From assembly GCA_002269645.1 (NCBI GenBank), contig NIVC01002871.1, positions 62,001-126,000 of the forward strand: a stretch of 64,000 bases of DNA. Direction: 5' to 3'. The position numbers and the translations under genes are program-made. Below, in pieces: positions 60,601-64,000 of this stretch; positions within the stretch are counted from its first letter, which is position 1, and every line of letters starts with the position of its first letter. A model generated the notes under the pieces. It saw only the letters and a list, made by a program, of their open reading frames with translations. It was not told the DNA's origin and did no database searches. The stretch is from Macrostomum lignano (Eukaryota).

Positions 60601-62976
60601 AGAATCATTAGGCTGGCATTAGGCATCCAGTTAGAATCATTAGGCTGGCATTAGGCATCCAGTTAGAATCATTAGGCTGGCATTAGGCATCCAGTTAGAA
60701 TCATTAAGCTGGCATTAGGCATCCCGTTAAAATCATTAGGCTGGCATTAGGCATCCAGTTAGAATCATTAGGCTGGAATTAGGCATCCAGTTAGAATCAT
60801 TAGGCTGGCATTAGGCATCCAGTTAGAATCATTAGGCTGGCATTAGGCATCCAGTTAGAATCATTAGGCTGGCATTAGGCATCCAGTTAGAATCATTAGG
60901 CTGGCATTAGGCATCCAGTTAGAATCATTAGGCTGGCATTAGGCATCCAGTTAGAATCATTAGGCTGGCATTAGGCATCCAGTTAGAATCATTAGGCTGG
61001 AATTAGGCATCCAGTTAGAATCATTAGGCTGGCATTAGGCATCCAGTTAGAATCATTAGGCTGGCATTAGGCATCCCGTTAGAATCATTAGGCTGGCATT
61101 AGGCATCCAGTTAGAATCATTAGGCTGGCATTAGGCATCCAGTTAGAATCATTAGGCTGGCATTAGGCATCCAGTTAGAATCATAAGGCTGGCATTAGGC
61201 ATCCAGTTAGAACCATTAGGCTGGTATTAGGCATCAAGTTAGAATCATTAGGCTGGCATTAGGCATCCAGTTAGAATCATTAGGCTGGTATTAGGCATCC
61301 AGTTAGAATCATTAGGCTGGTATTAGGCATCCAGTTAGAACCATTAGGCTGGTATTAGGCATCCAGTTAGAATCATTAGGCTGGCATTAGGCATCCGCAC
61401 TGGAACTGTTTGCAGAGCTGCTGAGCAGCACGGCGGCCCGGGCTGTGGACCGAGTCCTGACCCGCATGACCATAGGGGTCATAGCGGTAGTCATAGCTCT
61501 CATGCTCATACTGTCATGGTATCTGGCTAAGTAAGGCTGCGGGACTGCCGCTCTGATCTGTGCGGGATCATCCTGGATGTTGTTTCCTTTGTTTCTATTC
61601 AATCTTATTCTGTTGTTTCGGTTTAATAACCAACTTAGATTGTCGGTGTTGTTTTGCATTATTCTGCTTTGTGTTTTCATTTTTAATAGCGCCGCGGTTT
61701 GCACCAATCATAGTTAATGAATTGTTTTGCAGACTACGTGAAAAGTCTGGCGTCCGCTAGCGCAATTTCGCGATCGAACACGGGCCTAATAGTGGCCATG
61801 ATCATTGCTCTGCTCATCGTTATTGGCCTGCTCATAGCTGTCTGCTACCTGACCTGCAGCATGTGAGTCTGCTTAGTTCATGTCTGACTGAATCTTCTCT
61901 GGACTCAAAGTCTTACACTTCATTCCAACCGCTGCAATGGCTGCACAATCAGCTGGTAGGGTGGGTCTCAGATTTGGTTGCAATTTGTACTTTTATGTCT
62001 GGATAGGAAAAGAAATCGAAGGCCAGATAGATAGGAGTGACCTGATAGGTAAGAAAGGCTTGATGGAAAGTTTTGAGAATCTCCCTGCAACGCTGGCTCC
62101 AACGGGCGGCCTCTCCAATCGACCGAGCAGCGAGAGAGAAGACAGAAAGAAAGGAATAGCATTGAAAGTGTTGGGGTGAGAGAACGTCCTTGAGGCGGTT
62201 TGGGCCTGTCCCCTGGTTCCTGGTCAGGTGAGGGTCCCAGCTAAGAGTTTAATTATGCAGGACAGTGCGCCTGCCTGGCTGGTTCCCACGGACCCACCTC
62301 CCAGCAACTCATCCCGGATCTTGTGGTGCCCAGGCTTCAATCATTCGCTTTATTGCACCTGGGCCGTCTCGGCGCGGCTGTAAATTCGGTTTATACAGTT
62401 TTATTTTATAATTTCTACTTTAAATTGTTGTCAACTGCTTGTTGTTTTGGGCAAACTTTCTGTCCTTCTCTTCTCTACTGTGCTTGTTGGCTTGAAAACT
62501 GTTCTTTGCTATGAATATATTATTGCATGCACGCTGGAAACTTGCAGTTAAGCTCTTATTTAACTTAATGGAACAATATTGGGCGCGTCCGATAAGTGCG
62601 GAACTGATGTCAGACTGCAGGCGTCCAAGGCCAAGAAATCGATTTGGTTCCTCTCTTGGTTTGATGAATTTTTCTCACATTATAGAGGCCGCGCAGTCGA
62701 GGGAAGAAAGCGATAAGGAAAAATGGGAACTATTTAAGCGTATAGTAAGTAGTAAGGAAAATTTGAATATGATTTGTTATTTACGGCAATGCGGAACCAA
62801 TGACGAATTAAGAACGCAGGGCGTTACCAAATAGATCATCTGTGGTCGGTTCGTTCTGCAGGAAGCGAAACTCGAAGCTCAGTGGCCCTTCACGGACAAA
62901 TCATTTATTGAATGTCAAATTGAATGTCACATTGCCTGGCGAAGATATGTCTGGAGCATCGTCATCAGCAAATTGA
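48608..62976 (+). CDS. Neuregulin/vein-like EGF-family ligand precursor: signal peptide, N-terminal domain, Ig domain, S/T linker, EGF, TM, short tail (~463-468 aa)
   Basis: Exons 48608-49178, 49776-50025, 50740-50858, 52833-52883, 54988-55099, 59259-59317, then 61416-61530 or 61733-61862, then 62862-62976 (phases 1,2,1,1,2,1,2 consistent). Ig motifs LRLSCSAEGSPPPRARWLKDG and GNFSCQFYNLYG. The EGF is split by a phase-2 intron between C4 and C5, typical of EGFR-ligand genes. The last exon is the least certain. Confidence 0.8.
49210..49370. repeat. (GACA)n microsatellite
   Basis: Read directly. Confidence 0.85.
50098..50730. repeat. Pyrimidine-rich minisatellite (TCCTCCATCCTCCACCATCCTCCTCTCTCCACCAT...) filling the intron inside the Ig domain
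   Basis: Ends ~9 nt before the acceptor at 50739. Confidence 0.9.
51171..51234 (+). CDS. Candidate alternative first exon of the neuregulin-like gene (Ig-less isoform)
   Basis: ATG-MPADSGSSGFLAAPNSARARQ followed by a phase-1 donor AG|GTTGGT; CCAAT at ~51006. Confidence 0.35.
51328..52148. repeat. Minisatellite, 29-bp unit CATGACCTCATTGCGGTTAGATTCGAGGA
   Basis: About 28 copies. Confidence 0.95.
53355..54140. repeat. Minisatellite, 18-19-bp unit CAGATAGCAAGCATCCCC(C)
   Basis: About 42 copies. Confidence 0.95.
54397..54655 (-). mobile_element. Near full-length tRNA-headed SINE with MIR/CORE-like domain
   Basis: Minus strand: GGGGCTGGAGCCTAGTGGTTAGAGCG (A box)...GGGGGTTCGATTC (B box)...TGTGTCCTTGAGCAAAGCACTTCACTCTGCATTGCTTCAGTTCACCCAGTTGTAAAATGGG. 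Confidence 0.85.
55365..56240. repeat. Minisatellite, 61-bp unit GTTGATTTCTACCGATATGTATTGTTAATAACTTTATTAGCTCAAGATTCAAGTTGGAAGA
   Basis: About 13 copies; diverged relatives at ~54690-54800. Confidence 0.95.
56862..57905. repeat. C-rich minisatellite, ~15-bp unit CCCTCACCGCCTTCC
   Basis: Read directly. Confidence 0.95.
59437..59640. repeat. Minisatellite, 21-bp unit GTTCAGAATGAGAAATCTGGA
   Basis: About 9 copies. Confidence 0.95.
60263..61396. repeat. Minisatellite, 32-bp unit GGCTGGCATTAGGCATCCAGTTAGAATCATTA
   Basis: About 35 copies, ending ~19 nt before the acceptor at 61415. Confidence 0.95.
61416..61530 (+). CDS. Transmembrane exon A of the neuregulin-like gene
   Basis: TTTGCAG| acceptor, |GTAAGG donor; encodes LLSSTAARAVDRVLTRMTIGVIAVVIALMLILSWYLA; phase 1 to 2. 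Confidence 0.75.
61733..61862 (+). CDS. Transmembrane exon B (alternative) of the neuregulin-like gene
   Basis: TTTTGCAG| acceptor, |GTGAGT donor; encodes YVKSLASASAISRSNTGLIVAMIIALLIVIGLLIAVCYLTCS; phase 1 to 2. Confidence 0.75.
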
Positions 62977-63057
62977 TTTTTGCGCTTCAACAGCAATCCA
63001 TGGAGCGATTCCTAAAACAACAGTCAATCAAAAGGGTGATTCAGTGATGCTCAGCGA

Positions 63058-63333
63058 TTATGACCCAGTTGGTAGCTTCGACTGGATGTCGAGCGTTGAA
63101 TTTCTCGAGACATCGACTGACTTTGACTTGCTTTGACTCAGCTGCAGGGGGTTCCGGGCAGCCGGATACAGCCCCTGACGACCATGGGCAGCTGATGCTG
63201 CTATGTCGCGCAGGGAGATCCGGTGGTGCTGGTGTCCGCAGCGGCGGTCCCACTCCAGAGAGTCCACAGGAGGTAGATGGTTGCTCGCCAGGTAGCCCTT
63301 AGGTAGCGGACGAGCTGGCAGAGACTCTCGGGC
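63058..63333 (-). CDS. Possible terminal exon of a convergent minus-strand gene extending beyond the window
   Basis: CTAACGTTTTTAG| acceptor (near 63345) followed by an open frame ...[17 protein letters not shown]...KLPTGS*; upstream exons not resolved and the start coordinate is approximate. Confidence 0.3.
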   Translation of the reverse strand, partial: ARESLPARPLPKGYLASNHLPPVDSLEWDRRCGHQHHRISLRDIAASAAHGRQGLYPAARNPLQLSQSKSKSVDVSRNSTLDIQSKLPTGS

Positions 63334-63577
63334 CTAAAAACGTTAGAGAGGCTCGGGTTTGGGCCGAGGTAGGTGAGCCTGTCCTGAGTATTCACAGATG
63401 AAGTCGATCTGATCTGGTGAATGTTCATCGGAATGAACATTCTTCAAGATGCGGATTTTTCATTTTTCCCTGGAGGTAGCGATGCCTGGCAAAGAATCCA
63501 TGAGACGCAAGAGGCCCATGGTTGAATCGTTCCACGGATCGTACGTCATCTCTACATTACTGCACGCTGGTTTACTC

Positions 63578-63725
63578 CCGATTCGCCGAATCCCGATTCG
63601 CCGATTCCCGATTCCCGATTCGCCGAATTCCCGATTCGCCGAATTCCTGACTCGCCGAAATCCTGATTCGTTGATTCCTGCTTCGCCGAAATTCCTGATT
63701 TGCCGAATTCCTGACTCGCCGAACC
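63578..63725. repeat. Degenerate CCGATTCGCCGAATTCCTGA repeat; inverted copies at 63965-64000
   Basis: Read directly. Confidence 0.8.
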
Positions 63726-64000
63726 TTCCAGTTTCTAATTGTACGACGCCACAGGTGGAAGTGGATGCATGCCAGGTGGGCCGGGTTGTGATTGGCCAGC
63801 TCTGGAGGCTCTCCTGCCTAGCCCTGTCCGCACGCTCGTATATAAGGGCCAGATTTCCAGTTGAGGCAGTCACACTTTTATAAATACAACTCTCCACAGA
63901 AGCACTTGTTCAGCTGATGGTGCGCCTGTGTGTGTGTGCGTGTGTGAGTGGATGGTCAATGGGGTAATCGGCAAATCAGGAATTCGGCAAATCAGGAATT

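Noticed and set aside
6303-61396. CRISPR-like appearance of 30-38 bp direct repeats
   Set aside because: Units are contiguous with no unique spacers, there are no cas genes, and the context is eukaryotic introns.
62511-62834. 107-aa plus-strand ORF
   Set aside because: AT-rich, no motif or splice support; lies in the inferred last intron of the neuregulin-like gene.

Overview
Eukaryotic (animal) genomic DNA: GC-rich exons separated by introns mostly filled with locus-private minisatellites. This architecture suggests a Macrostomum-like flatworm (inference; no taxonomic search possible). I assembled five spliced genes by hand, all with consistent GT-AG intron phases: an ankyrin-repeat gene (-, 3 exons), an orphan disordered-protein gene (+, 4 exons), a full-length PITPNM/rdgB (-, 14 exons, ~1251 aa), a full-length CPT1 (+, 9 exons, ~769 aa) and a neuregulin/vein-like Ig-EGF-TM gene (+). 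The last has two phase-equivalent, apparently mutually exclusive transmembrane exons and a non-canonical EGF C-loop. Mobile DNA comprises a decayed Gypsy pol carrying a MITE, a mariner remnant, a Merlin remnant, a tRNA-SINE family and a tRNA-headed SINE with a MIR/CORE-like central domain. Most long ORFs in the supplied track are artefacts of tandem repeats. No CRISPR array, rRNA operon or intact tRNA gene was seen.
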